Shown: positions 1 to 10,161, counted from the first letter of the stretch. The stretch: DNA of 64,000 nucleotides from a virus (IMGVR_UViG_3300006802_014262:4328-68327); one strand, 5' to 3'. Notes: generated by a model from the sequence alone, not told the origin. Made by a program: numbers and translations.

Positions 1-1
1 A

Positions 2-1189
2 TTAAATAACGGATCTCAGATCAAAGCAGTATCAGCAGCAGGTGATGCGGGTAGATCTGAAGCAGTATCTTTGCTATTAATTGACGAGGCCGCTTTTATT
101 GACGGTATTGATACAATTTGGGCTTCTGCTCAACAAACCTTAGCTACGGGTGGTGGTGCTATTGTATTATCTACTCCTTATGGTACAGGTAACTGGTTTC
201 ATCAAACATGGGTTAAGGCTGAAGCTAATCAAAATGATTTCTTACCTATTAAATTACCTTGGTATGTCCATCCTGAAAGAAATGAAGCATGGAGAAAACG
301 ACAAGATGATTTATTAGGTGATCCTAGATTAGCATCTCAAGAGTGTGATTGTGACTTTAGTACATCAGGTGATACAGTATTTTATTCAGAATGGATTGAA
401 TTTATATCTCAAACCACAATAAAAGAACCGCTAGAACGCCGCGGAGTTGACCGTAACTTATGGATATGGGAACCGGCGGACTACACTCAATCGTATATGG
501 TTATAGCCGATGTAGCGCGAGGTGACGGCAAGGATTTCTCGGCAGCTCATGTTATACATGTTGAATCAAATACACAGGTAGCAGAGTATAAAGGTCAATT
601 ACCACCTAAAGAATTCGGATTTTTCTTAGTTGGTTTAGCTACAGAATATAACCAAGCATTATTAGTAGTAGAAAACGCTAATATTGGTTGGTCAGCATTA
701 GATGCAATTCAAGAACGTGGATATAAGAATTTATATTACTCACCTAAAAGTGAAGCAGGAAGTAATTCAGATGCTTATTTTGACCAATATATGGATAACT
801 CAAAATTAGTACCTGGTTTTACAACATCAATGAAAACTCGTCCTTTAGTAATTAATAAATTTAGAGAGTACATAGGCGATAAAAGTGTTGTTATTCAATC
901 TAAACGTTTACTAGAAGAAATGAAAGTATTCATTTGGAAAAATGGTCGTGCCGAAGCGCAATCAGGATACAATGACGACTTAATTATGAGTTTTGCAATT
1001 GGAATGTATTTAAGAGATACATCATTAAGATTTAAATCACAAAACCTAGAAATGTCTAGAGCTACATTAAGTAACATGACTGTTAATAGAACAGGATTTA
1101 CAGGTGCTTATGGTTCTAGTGTTCCTAACCCATATAGTATACAAAACGGAATGGGTGGAGACGAAGACATTAGTTGGTTAATACGATAA
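2..1189 (+). CDS. terL: Terminase large subunit (T4 gp17-like), 5'-truncated by window edge
   Basis: Frame is open from nt 2 (LNNGSQIKAV...). Walker B LLIDEAAF, coupling motif LSTPYG, RNase H-like nuclease motifs ADVARGDGKD and DDLIMS. Directly upstream of portal. Confidence 0.95.
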   Translation, partial: LNNGSQIKAVSAAGDAGRSEAVSLLLIDEAAFIDGIDTIWASAQQTLATGGGAIVLSTPYGTGNWFHQTWVKAEANQNDFLPIKLPWYVHPERNEAWRKRQDDLLGDPRLASQECDCDFSTSGDTVFYSEWIEFISQTTIKEPLERRGVDRNLWIWEPADYTQSYMVIADVARGDGKDFSAAHVIHVESNTQVAEYKGQLPPKEFGFFLVGLATEYNQALLVVENANIGWSALDAIQERGYKNLYYSPKSEAGSNSDAYFDQYMDNSKLVPGFTTSMKTRPLVINKFREYIGDKSVVIQSKRLLEEMKVFIWKNGRAEAQSGYNDDLIMSFAIGMYLRDTSLRFKSQNLEMSRATLSNMTVNRTGFTGAYGSSVPNPYSIQNGMGGDEDISWLIR

Positions 1190-1196
1190 TATTTAT
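1190..1196 (+). promoter_or_regulatory. Putative late promoter TATTTAT (representative; also 3106, 10219, 11117, 18409, 23384, 28582, 32222, 34374, 34957, 36019, 38383, 45916, 50409, 62075, 63440)
   Basis: ATATTTAT recurs in intergenic gaps, mostly 18-40 nt upstream of structural-gene start codons. Confidence 0.75.
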
Positions 1197-1216
1197 AATT
1201 AATAACATATAATAAA

Positions 1217-3094
1217 ATGGCAGACAAAGGCTTATTTTCACGATTACAACGACTGTTCTCTACTGATGTAGTGATGAGAAACCAGGGTGGTAATCAATTA
1301 AAAGTGATAGACGTTAATACCATCCAGCAAACGGGTGATATCGCTACTAACTCATTAATGGATAGATACAATAGAATCTATTCAACTAATGCATCATCAC
1401 TTTATGGACAACAATTAAATGTGAATTACCAATACTTACGTACCCAATTATATTCAGACTATGATATCATGGATCAGGATGCAATTGTTGGTTCTGCATT
1501 AGATATTGTAGCTGACGAATCCACATTAAAAGATGATATGGGTGAAGTATTATCTATTCGTTCATCAGATGAAAACATTCAAAGAATTTTATATAACTTA
1601 TTTTACGATGTATTAAATATTGAATTTAATCTTTGGTCTTGGATTCGTCAAATGTGTAAATATGGTGATTTTTTCTTAAGATTAGAAATTGCTGAAAAAT
1701 TTGGTGTATATAATGTTATTCCATATACAGCATATCATATTGAAAGACAAGAAAATTATGATAAAGACAAACCAGCATCTGTTCGTTTCCAATTTAAACC
1801 AGAAGGATTTTTATCAGGTGATGGTTATTACAACACACCTAATTTAGGTCGTCAAAACGAACCAGGTATTTTCTTTGAAAATTATGAGGTCGCTCACTTT
1901 AGATTAATTACAGATGTTAACTATTTACCATATGGTAGATCTTATCTAGAACCAGCACGTCGTTTATATAAACAATACGCGTTAATGGAAGATGCAATGT
2001 TAATCCATCGTGTAGTTCGTTCACCAGAAAAACGTACTTTCTTTATTAATGTTGGTTCTATTCCACCTAATGAAGTTGAAGCATTTATGCAGAAAACTAT
2101 TAGTTCAATGAAACGTACTCCGTTAATGGATCAAAAGACAGGTGAGTATAATGTTAAATATAACATGCAAAACTTACTAGAAGATTTTTATATTCCAGTA
2201 AGAGGTAATGATCAAGCAACACGTATTGAAAATACTAAAGGTTTAGATTACGATGGTATTCAAGACGTTGCATATTTAAGAGATAAGTTATTCGCAGCAT
2301 TAAAAGTACCTAAAGCATTTTTAGGTTACGATAAAGACTTACAAGGTAAAGCAACATTAGCAGCAGAAGATATTCGTTTCGCTCGTACAATTGATCGTAT
2401 CCAACGTATTACATTATCAGAATTATATAAAATTGCATTAGTACATTTATATGTTCAAGGTTACACTAACGATGAATTAACTAACTTCGAGTTATCGTTA
2501 ACTACACCGTCTATTATATACGATCAAGAACGTATCATGTTAATGAAGGAAAAAGTTGATTTAGCTAAAAATATCATTGAAACTAAATTAATGCCTACTG
2601 ATTGGGTTTATGACAATGTATTCAGATTCTCTGAAGATTCATATGATGAATATAGAGATATGATGATTGAAGACGCAAAACGTGAATTTAGAATCGCACA
2701 AATTAGAGAAGAAGGTAACGACCCAGTAGAAACAGGTAAATCGTATGGTACACCACATGATTTAGCTAGTTTATATAGTAAAAACGGCGGACCTGAAGGA
2801 GAATTGCCACCAGGATATAATAATGATACACAATTAGGTCGTCCAAAAGAAAAAGTATCTAATATTAATACACAAGATAGCGCGTTAGGTCGCGATAGAT
2901 TAGGTGTTAAAGATATGAAACATGACGATCAACCAGGATATGGTAAATTAACATCTAAACCGTTTGCTTTAGAAAATGCTAAATCAGCTTTTGCAAGAAA
3001 TAAACGTTTGTTTGAACAAGTTGACAAAAAATTAGTATTTAGTCAACAAAAACCAGGAGATTCACTATTAGATGAATCCCAAATTAGAGAGTAA
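1217..3094 (+). CDS. Portal protein (T4 gp20-like)
   Basis: YGRSYLEPARR..KQY.LMEDAMLIHRVVRSPEKR.F.I.VG, EDFYIPVRG and LFAALKVP are gp20-family motifs. Follows terminase. Confidence 0.93.
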   Translation: MADKGLFSRLQRLFSTDVVMRNQGGNQLKVIDVNTIQQTGDIATNSLMDRYNRIYSTNASSLYGQQLNVNYQYLRTQLYSDYDIMDQDAIVGSALDIVADESTLKDDMGEVLSIRSSDENIQRILYNLFYDVLNIEFNLWSWIRQMCKYGDFFLRLEIAEKFGVYNVIPYTAYHIERQENYDKDKPASVRFQFKPEGFLSGDGYYNTPNLGRQNEPGIFFENYEVAHFRLITDVNYLPYGRSYLEPARRLYKQYALMEDAMLIHRVVRSPEKRTFFINVGSIPPNEVEAFMQKTISSMKRTPLMDQKTGEYNVKYNMQNLLEDFYIPVRGNDQATRIENTKGLDYDGIQDVAYLRDKLFAALKVPKAFLGYDKDLQGKATLAAEDIRFARTIDRIQRITLSELYKIALVHLYVQGYTNDELTNFELSLTTPSIIYDQERIMLMKEKVDLAKNIIETKLMPTDWVYDNVFRFSEDSYDEYRDMMIEDAKREFRIAQIREEGNDPVETGKSYGTPHDLASLYSKNGGPEGELPPGYNNDTQLGRPKEKVSNINTQDSALGRDRLGVKDMKHDDQPGYGKLTSKPFALENAKSAFARNKRLFEQVDKKLVFSQQKPGDSLLDESQIRE

Positions 3095-3129
3095 TAATCC
3101 TTATATATTTATAATAAAACACTTTAGGA

Positions 3130-3984
3130 ATGATTGTTAAACATTCAAAATACAAGAATACTGGCATTTTATTTGAACTTTTAGTCAGACAAATTACGTC
3201 TGATACATTGTCAGGTGTAGACTCAAAGGCAGCGACTATTTTAAAAAAACACTTTGTAAAAACAGAGTTAGGAAAAGAGTATAAGTTATACGAAACGTTG
3301 TTAAACAACATTAAGTTAAGCGAAGGTAAAGCTGATATCATTATCAATACTTTATTAGAAAGCGCTAAATACTTAAACAAGTCAGCATTACGTCGTCAAA
3401 AATATAATTTAATTAAAGAAATTAAAGCGAATTATGACGTTGATGAGTTTTTCAAAACTAAATTACCTAACTACAAAACTCAAGCCGCGTTCTATACATT
3501 ATTAGAAATGTATGATGGTGTTAACCAACCAGAACCTAATCAAGTAATCTCAAATAAATTAATTCTATTAGAACATTTAACTTCAGCACCAATTACAACA
3601 GTTGCTAAAGATACATTAATGGAAGAATTTAAGTCATACGATAAAGATATTCGTATGTTAACTTATAGAGCGTTATTAGAAAAATTTAATTCTAAATATG
3701 CTAATTTAAATGAAGGCCAAAAATCAGTATTAAAAGAATTTATCAACAGTGTTGATAATCCATCAAAATTAAAAGATTTTTATAATACTAAAATAACAGA
3801 AATTAAATCTGACTTAACTAAATTAAATAAAAAAGTTAAAGACAAGACAACTCAAATTAAAATTAATGAGGTGTCTAATATTTTAGTCACATTAGATAAA
3901 AATGATAAGATTAGTAATGATGATATGACTAATTTACTTCATTATTATGAATTATTAGAAGAATTACGTAAGGTAAATGGATAA
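3130..3984 (+). CDS. Conserved head-module protein, unknown function
   Basis: 284 aa helical ORF with TATTTAT motif upstream, between portal and protease. Confidence 0.6.
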   Translation: MIVKHSKYKNTGILFELLVRQITSDTLSGVDSKAATILKKHFVKTELGKEYKLYETLLNNIKLSEGKADIIINTLLESAKYLNKSALRRQKYNLIKEIKANYDVDEFFKTKLPNYKTQAAFYTLLEMYDGVNQPEPNQVISNKLILLEHLTSAPITTVAKDTLMEEFKSYDKDIRMLTYRALLEKFNSKYANLNEGQKSVLKEFINSVDNPSKLKDFYNTKITEIKSDLTKLNKKVKDKTTQIKINEVSNILVTLDKNDKISNDDMTNLLHYYELLEELRKVNG

Positions 3985-4891
3985 GTTAAGAAATATTATC
4001 AAACAAGTAATGAAGGAAACTTCAACTCCTGCTTACAAAGGACCAATAGGATATGACGATGGGTGTGATTGTTATCCTGAAGATGAATTAAATGAAGTTA
4101 GTAGCTATAAAGGTATTGATGGATATTTTGATATTGCTCTTCAATGGATTTGGCTTTTTGGTGGCAAAGAATTTTTACAAAATAAATTAGATATCTACCA
4201 CCCAGCCAATGAATTTAGATTTTTTAAAAAAGCTATGGAAAATGGTGACATTACTATAGCCGATTTAGATAAAGTAACTAAAGGTGAACATGGACAAGCA
4301 GATAATATTCCATTTTCACAAACTGCTGTTTGGAAACAAGATTTAAAACCATATTTAGATAATTATAAACAAGAAAAGTTTAATAATTTAAATATTGATT
4401 TAGAAGAAGAGTCAGGTACAGGAGGTGGAGCATCAGCTGGTGCTTTTAGTCCAGGTGAAGGACCACAAACAGCAACAAAAGCAGGAACAGATGCTGCTTA
4501 TAAAAAAAATACTAATTCTAAAGGTACAACAAATAATTACTACTATAAACTAGGTTACAAACCTGTTAATCAAAAAAAACTGAATAAACAGGCAAAAGGA
4601 ATTATAGTTAAACAAATGTGGAAAGAGAATGTAAACGAAGCACAATTAGATGTTGACGCTTATATTGATTCTTTAAACATAGATAAACCAGAATTAAAAA
4701 CATTTATCAAATCTAGATTAGATGGATTTGATACATTAGAACAAAAATTAAACGAATTATTACCATTATTACAAAACGCTAAACAAAGAACATTAGATTA
4801 TTATAAAAATAAACCTAATTTTAATGTGTTATATGGTACGGATTTAGCAAACGATTATTTAAACGACTTAATAAATTTATTTAAAGATTAA
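3977..4891 (+). CDS. Putative internal head protein
   Basis: Several hydrophobic-x-E sites (MKE, LNE, LEE, VNE) separating low-complexity segments; head module position. Confidence 0.5.
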   Translation: MDKLRNIIKQVMKETSTPAYKGPIGYDDGCDCYPEDELNEVSSYKGIDGYFDIALQWIWLFGGKEFLQNKLDIYHPANEFRFFKKAMENGDITIADLDKVTKGEHGQADNIPFSQTAVWKQDLKPYLDNYKQEKFNNLNIDLEEESGTGGGASAGAFSPGEGPQTATKAGTDAAYKKNTNSKGTTNNYYYKLGYKPVNQKKLNKQAKGIIVKQMWKENVNEAQLDVDAYIDSLNIDKPELKTFIKSRLDGFDTLEQKLNELLPLLQNAKQRTLDYYKNKPNFNVLYGTDLANDYLNDLINLFKD

Positions 4892-4892
4892 C

Positions 4893-5117
4893 ATGGCAAA
4901 TATACCTGTAAACGCAACCGGAATAGTAACTACAACATCAATCACTGGCTCATATGCTGGTTTTACTGTAGTATCAGGTTCAGCTACATTCACTGGCTTA
5001 AAAGATGCTAGTGGAGCAGCATTAACAACTCCTTGGGTTGTTCCCGCTGGTTTTACTGTTCCAATTTATGTAACTAGCGCTTCTTTATCTTCAGGAGCAG
5101 TATTATTTTACAATTAA
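4893..5117 (+). CDS. Small beta-rich virion protein (possible decoration protein)
   Basis: 74 aa, T/S/G/A-rich, tightly packed in head operon. Confidence 0.5.
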   Translation: MANIPVNATGIVTTTSITGSYAGFTVVSGSATFTGLKDASGAALTTPWVVPAGFTVPIYVTSASLSSGAVLFYN

Positions 5118-5130
5118 TAACTCATTATAA

Positions 5131-5955
5131 ATGAAAACATTACAAGAACAATACATCCTTATTAAAGAAGGAAAAGGAAACAAAGATCATTTCTTAAAAC
5201 AAGCGAGAACTTTATTCCCTGAATATATTAATCAATATTCTAATTACGATACTACTGTAAACGTACTTAAATCAAAAAGTATTTTAAGTGAAGGTATTGG
5301 TGGTGTTATTAGTCATCAACCATCAAAATCTTGGTTAGAAATATTTAGAGAAAACACAAATGAAGAAGCTGATGTATTAGGAACTCCAATGAGTGATTTA
5401 TCATTTGGTTCTAAAGTTAAAGTTGGTGATAAAGCTATGATTGGTGATGATAAAGTAACTATTACTTTAGTTGATAAAGTAAATGGCAAAATTAAACAAA
5501 TCAAAGGCGAGACAGAAGATGGTAGAGAGTTATTTGTAACTAAACCAATGTTATTAAGACCAGTTAAAGAAGAAACTTTATCAGAAGTTATTGGTGTTCC
5601 AAATAGAAAAACATATGGTGACTATGATGAGTTTGAAAAACCAGCTAAAGAAGTTCAAAAAGATTTAGCTGATCAATATGATAATAAAAATACAAAAGAT
5701 ATTGATAATGTTTATGGTACATCTTTCTTAAATGGCTACTACGCTGAAATGAAAGATCCTAAAAACAAAGATAAATCAGTTGATGAAATAAAACAAATCG
5801 TACTTAAAAACATGGTTAAAGACATAAATTATTATGCTAAAAATGCTATGTTTGGAACTAAAGGAGTAGGATTTAAAACATCAACAGAAACAATTGCCCC
5901 TAAAGGTAAATATAAGTCAAGCGGATATGGTGATTTAGATAAAAAGAAAAAATAA
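5131..5955 (+). CDS. Putative internal head protein
   Basis: LQE, IKE, LSE, VKE, LSE sites; immediately upstream of prohead protease. Confidence 0.5.
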   Translation: MKTLQEQYILIKEGKGNKDHFLKQARTLFPEYINQYSNYDTTVNVLKSKSILSEGIGGVISHQPSKSWLEIFRENTNEEADVLGTPMSDLSFGSKVKVGDKAMIGDDKVTITLVDKVNGKIKQIKGETEDGRELFVTKPMLLRPVKEETLSEVIGVPNRKTYGDYDEFEKPAKEVQKDLADQYDNKNTKDIDNVYGTSFLNGYYAEMKDPKNKDKSVDEIKQIVLKNMVKDINYYAKNAMFGTKGVGFKTSTETIAPKGKYKSSGYGDLDKKKK

Positions 5956-6560
5956 TGAGACAAGTATTAATTGAAACGCAATTATTTTCTCCTAAAGCTG
6001 TTAGGTTAACTGAAGGAACTAATCCTGGAGGTAACATATTAGTAGAAGGTGTATTAGCTACAGCCGAAGTAAAAAACGGTAACGGCAGATATTACGCTAA
6101 AGAATTATGGGAACGTGAAATGAATCGCTATATGGAATCAGTTCGTGAGAACAGAGCATTAGGTGAATTAGATCACCCTGATTCTTCAGTTATCAACTTA
6201 AAAAACGTTTCACATAATATTAAAAAATGCTGGTGGGATGGAGATAATGTAATGGGTTTAATTGAAATCTTACCTACTCCATCAGGCAACATTTTAAAAG
6301 CATTAATCGAAAGTGGTATTACAGTAGGTGTATCATCAAGAGGAATGGGTTCATTAGAACAAAGAGGTAATGTAATGGAAGTACAAGAAGACTTTGAATT
6401 ACTATGTTGGGATTTTGTCTCAACACCTTCTAATCCAGGCTCATGGATGCAACCAACTAACTTAAACGAATCATATATTCCTAGTACAAACCAATACGGT
6501 AAAATTAACTCAATTATTACTGATATTTTATGTGCTAATGGATCATGTCCGTTATTCTAA
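5955..6560 (+). CDS. Prohead core protease (T4 gp21-like)
   Basis: NGNGRYY, ALGELDHP, VSH, GVSSRGMGS, DFVSTPS motifs of gp21-type proteases. Confidence 0.95.
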   Translation: MRQVLIETQLFSPKAVRLTEGTNPGGNILVEGVLATAEVKNGNGRYYAKELWEREMNRYMESVRENRALGELDHPDSSVINLKNVSHNIKKCWWDGDNVMGLIEILPTPSGNILKALIESGITVGVSSRGMGSLEQRGNVMEVQEDFELLCWDFVSTPSNPGSWMQPTNLNESYIPSTNQYGKINSIITDILCANGSCPLF

Positions 6561-6561
6561 A

Positions 6562-7155
6562 ATGAAAAATTTATTTCTAGTAATATTAGTTTGCCTATCA
6601 ACAGTAGTTTTTGGGCAAACTAAATTAAGAGATAGTGTTAACTATCAAACTCCTAACTTCCGTATCGTTTATTCTGAAATTTTAGAACAACCTAAATGGG
6701 TTACTTACACGGTTAAATGTCCTACAGGTACTGCTTCTAGAGCGGGTATGGAATTCTACACAGACAAAAACATTAAAACATCTGATAACGAGGATTACGT
6801 TAATAATGAATGGGATAAAGGACATATAGCTCCTGCTGCTTCATTTAACTGTGATAAAGAAATGTTATACTCAACATTTACCTATGTTAATTCAGCAATG
6901 CAACAACAATCACTTAATCGTGGTCCTTGGAAAGCATTAGAAATATGGGAACGTGAACAAGCAAAAACAACCACTGTATCAGTATACGTTAGATTAGATT
7001 ATGATAAAGTACCTAAACGTGTACCTACAAACGCAGCAATACCTAAAGGATTCTATAAAGAATTAAAAGTAGGTAATACTAAGTATTGTTATTATTTCCC
7101 CAACATAGCCCCTACATCAAAAGACTTAAACACGTTTAAGTGTAATTGTAAATAA
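6562..7155 (+). CDS. DNA/RNA non-specific endonuclease (NucA/EndA-type) with N-terminal signal peptide
   Basis: WDKGHIAPAA (DRGH motif), N..Q...LNRGPW..LE and IPKGFYK. Start placed at ATG 6562 (MKNLFLVILVCLSTVVFGQ) rather than 6532, which overlaps the protease. Confidence 0.88.
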   Translation: MKNLFLVILVCLSTVVFGQTKLRDSVNYQTPNFRIVYSEILEQPKWVTYTVKCPTGTASRAGMEFYTDKNIKTSDNEDYVNNEWDKGHIAPAASFNCDKEMLYSTFTYVNSAMQQQSLNRGPWKALEIWEREQAKTTTVSVYVRLDYDKVPKRVPTNAAIPKGFYKELKVGNTKYCYYFPNIAPTSKDLNTFKCNCK

Positions 7156-7184
7156 ACCCCTCTATTAATAGTATTATTAGACCG

Positions 7185-7216
7185 ATGCCTCTCTAAAAAA
7201 GAGGCATTTCTTTTTT
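7185..7216 (+). terminator. Intrinsic terminator
   Basis: ATGCCTCT-ctaaaaa-AGAGGCAT followed by TTCTTTTTT. Confidence 0.8.
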
Positions 7217-7352
7217 ATTTTTGTGTATTTTGAGAAAATCCGGACATATGTATATTAGAATATACTGCCCGCAATCGCATTTGCAGTATCGATAATTAAC
7301 AATTCTATTACACTTCAAATAAGTGTATTTCCCAAACAAAATTTTAGGACAA

Positions 7353-8462
7353 ATGAGTAAAAACAGAGATTTGCTTAAAGAAGCAATCGAAGATGCTAAA
7401 GTTGTTAAAGAAACAGCAATAGCAAGCGCAAAGGCCGCTCTTGAAGAACATTTTACTCCACAGTTGAAATCTATGTTATCAGCTAAACTTGCAGAAATGG
7501 AAGAAGAAGAAACAGAAGAAGAAACAATGGAAATGAATGAAGATTCAATTGAGGACTCAATGGAAAAAATGTCTTATGGCGAAGATGGTATGAGCGAAGC
7601 TGGTTTTGGTAAATTTAATGCTGGTGGTGACGCCGGTTTTTCTGATATGGAAGAAAAAGCATTAGATGAACTTAACCTTGAAGAATTATTAGCTGAGTTA
7701 GAAGAAGACATGAAATCCGAAGAAGACGAAAAAATGAAAGAAGATTTAAACGAAGCAGAAGGTGAAGAAGAAGTTGAAACTGAAGAAGAAATCAACATCG
7801 AAGACATGACTGAAGAAGAATTAAAATCATTCATTGAAGACGTAATTAAAGACATAGTTGAAGCTGGCGAATTAGAAGCTGGTGAAGGCATGGAAGGTGA
7901 AGAAGAAGGCGAAGAAGAAGAATCTAGTGAAGAAGAAGAAATTTCAATTGATGAAATTTTAGCTGAAATCGAATTAGACGAACGTAAAAAGTACGGTGGT
8001 AATAAAGGAGACGTTCCTGCTGCTAAACGTGGTGACAAGAAAGACACTGCTGAAGAAGAAGGCGTTGAAGACTACAAGAAAAAGTTAAAAGAAGCAGAAG
8101 ATAAATTAGAAGAAGCTTATGCTACTCTAGCTACTGTTAAATCTGACTTAAACGAAGTTAATTTGTTAAACGCAAAATTACTTTACACTAACAAAATTTT
8201 CAAAGCTAAAAACTTAACCGAATCACAAAAAGTAAAGGTTTTAAATGCATTTGATAAAGCATCAACAGTAAAAGAAACTAAATTAGTATTCGAAACATTA
8301 TCAGAAGGTTTAAAAGAAACTTCTAAATCACATGTTAACGAATCATTAAAAACTAGTTTAGCATCTAAAACAGCAGGTATTATGCCAACAGCAAAAACAT
8401 CTATTGTAGAAGTTAATGACACATTCAAAAGAATGCAAAAAATAGCAGGAATTATTAAATAA
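7353..8462 (+). CDS. Prohead scaffold/core protein
   Basis: Very acidic coiled-coil protein between protease and capsid, many L-x-E sites, C-terminal RMQKIAGI. Start placed at ATG 7353. Confidence 0.85.
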   Translation: MSKNRDLLKEAIEDAKVVKETAIASAKAALEEHFTPQLKSMLSAKLAEMEEEETEEETMEMNEDSIEDSMEKMSYGEDGMSEAGFGKFNAGGDAGFSDMEEKALDELNLEELLAELEEDMKSEEDEKMKEDLNEAEGEEEVETEEEINIEDMTEEELKSFIEDVIKDIVEAGELEAGEGMEGEEEGEEEESSEEEEISIDEILAEIELDERKKYGGNKGDVPAAKRGDKKDTAEEEGVEDYKKKLKEAEDKLEEAYATLATVKSDLNEVNLLNAKLLYTNKIFKAKNLTESQKVKVLNAFDKASTVKETKLVFETLSEGLKETSKSHVNESLKTSLASKTAGIMPTAKTSIVEVNDTFKRMQKIAGIIK

Positions 8463-8487
8463 CCAATTTAAAAAAAATTTTAAAAAA

Positions 8488-10161
8488 ATGAGTACAATTC
8501 AATCATTATTAGAATCAGCTAGCCCTTGGAAGTCTCTTCAAAGTGATGCAGCTAAATTGTCTTCTAAATGGAACAAAACGGGTCTATTAGAAGGCTTATC
8601 AAACGTAGAGGCAAACAACATGTCTTTATTATTAGAAAACCAAGCTAAGCAATTAGTTATGGAACAATCAGATACAGGTGGAAGTTCATCAGCAGGTTCA
8701 TTCTCTGTTGGTCAATCAGAAAACTGGGCTGGTATCGCTTTACCTTTAGTACGTAAAGTATTTGCTCAAATTGCAGCAAAAGAATTCGTTTCAGTTCAAC
8801 CAATGTCAATGCCTTCAGGTCTTGTGTTCTTCTTAGATTTCCAATACGGAACAGCTAAAGATCCATTCTCAGTAGGTGGTTCATTATATGGAACAAGAAA
8901 CCCTAACGGTGAATTCCCATTCGCTACACCATCTGCTTCAGGCGGTTTGTACGGAACAGGTCGTTTCACTTATTCTACCAACCAATTCTCATCTTCAGCT
9001 ATTACTATTTTAGCAGGAGCAATTACACCAGCAACTTATGCTCAAGTTAATTTTGACTCAGCATATTCAGCTTCAATGGCTGCTAGTGAAATTCAAGCAA
9101 TCACTTTAATTAGTGCTTCTACAAACATTCCTTATTTTGATATGGATGCTGTAAGAGGTTTCTTAGTTGTTTCAGGTTCAACTGTAACTGCTGCTACTAA
9201 CTTACAACAATTTACATCATTTAACTACACAAACAACACAATTACTTTCTTTGTAAGTGCTTCAACAGCAGCTCTTCAAGCTACTGGTTCATACACAGTA
9301 GAATATAACAAAGCTACTCAAATGAGTCCTTATAACGTAGGTGATTTCGAAGATTCATCTTCATTCGCAGTTCCAAATGCTGAGTCAGCGACAACTATCG
9401 TTATCCCTGAAATCAACGTTAAAATGCAATCACAAGCCATCACTGCCAAAACTAAAAAATTGAAAGCAGTATGGACACCTGAATTCTCTCAAGATTTGGC
9501 TGCGTACCAAAACATTGATGCAGAAGCAGAAGTAACAAACATCATGTCTGAGTACATTTCAATGGAAATTGATCTTGAAATCTTAGATATGTTGATCGAG
9601 GATGCAGCAGCAGGTACTGAGTACTGGTCAACTGTTAACAACAACGTTTACAACCCAGCTACAAACGCATTTGCAGTTCAATCATCAGGTTACTACAATA
9701 CACAAGGACAATGGTTCCAAACTTTAGGAACTAAAATCCAAAAATTAAGTAACAAAATTCACCAATTAACTTTAAGAGGTGGTGCTAACTTCATCGTTAC
9801 ATCTCCAACTGTAGCTACAGTTTTAGAATCAATCCCAGGATTTGCTTCTTCTAACAATGGTGATGCTGGTCAAATGGAATATGCTTTCGGTGTACAAAAA
9901 GCAGGTTCATTAAACGGTCGTTACACAGTTTACAAAAACCCTTACATGACTGAAAACATCATGTTATTAGGTTACAGAGGTTCACAATTCTTAGAAGCTG
10001 GTGCTGTATTTGCTCCATACGTTCCATTAATTATGACTCCACTTGTGTACGATCCAGATACATTTACACCACGTAAAGGTCTATTAACTCGTTACGCTAA
10101 GAAAATGTTAAGACCAGAATTCTATGGTAAGATCTATATCAATGGATTAACTACTATCTAA
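8488..10161 (+). CDS. Major capsid protein (T4 gp23-like)
   Basis: LPLVRKVF, VSVQPMSMPSGLVF, AKTKKLKAVWTPE..QDL.A, APYVPL, FTPRKGLLTRY. Confidence 0.96.
   Translation: MSTIQSLLESASPWKSLQSDAAKLSSKWNKTGLLEGLSNVEANNMSLLLENQAKQLVMEQSDTGGSSSAGSFSVGQSENWAGIALPLVRKVFAQIAAKEFVSVQPMSMPSGLVFFLDFQYGTAKDPFSVGGSLYGTRNPNGEFPFATPSASGGLYGTGRFTYSTNQFSSSAITILAGAITPATYAQVNFDSAYSASMAASEIQAITLISASTNIPYFDMDAVRGFLVVSGSTVTAATNLQQFTSFNYTNNTITFFVSASTAALQATGSYTVEYNKATQMSPYNVGDFEDSSSFAVPNAESATTIVIPEINVKMQSQAITAKTKKLKAVWTPEFSQDLAAYQNIDAEAEVTNIMSEYISMEIDLEILDMLIEDAAAGTEYWSTVNNNVYNPATNAFAVQSSGYYNTQGQWFQTLGTKIQKLSNKIHQLTLRGGANFIVTSPTVATVLESIPGFASSNNGDAGQMEYAFGVQKAGSLNGRYTVYKNPYMTENIMLLGYRGSQFLEAGAVFAPYVPLIMTPLVYDPDTFTPRKGLLTRYAKKMLRPEFYGKIYINGLTTI

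Noticed and set aside
7574-8428. Minus-strand Ser-rich ORFs opposite the scaffold
   Set aside because: Antisense shadow of GAA-rich Glu codons.
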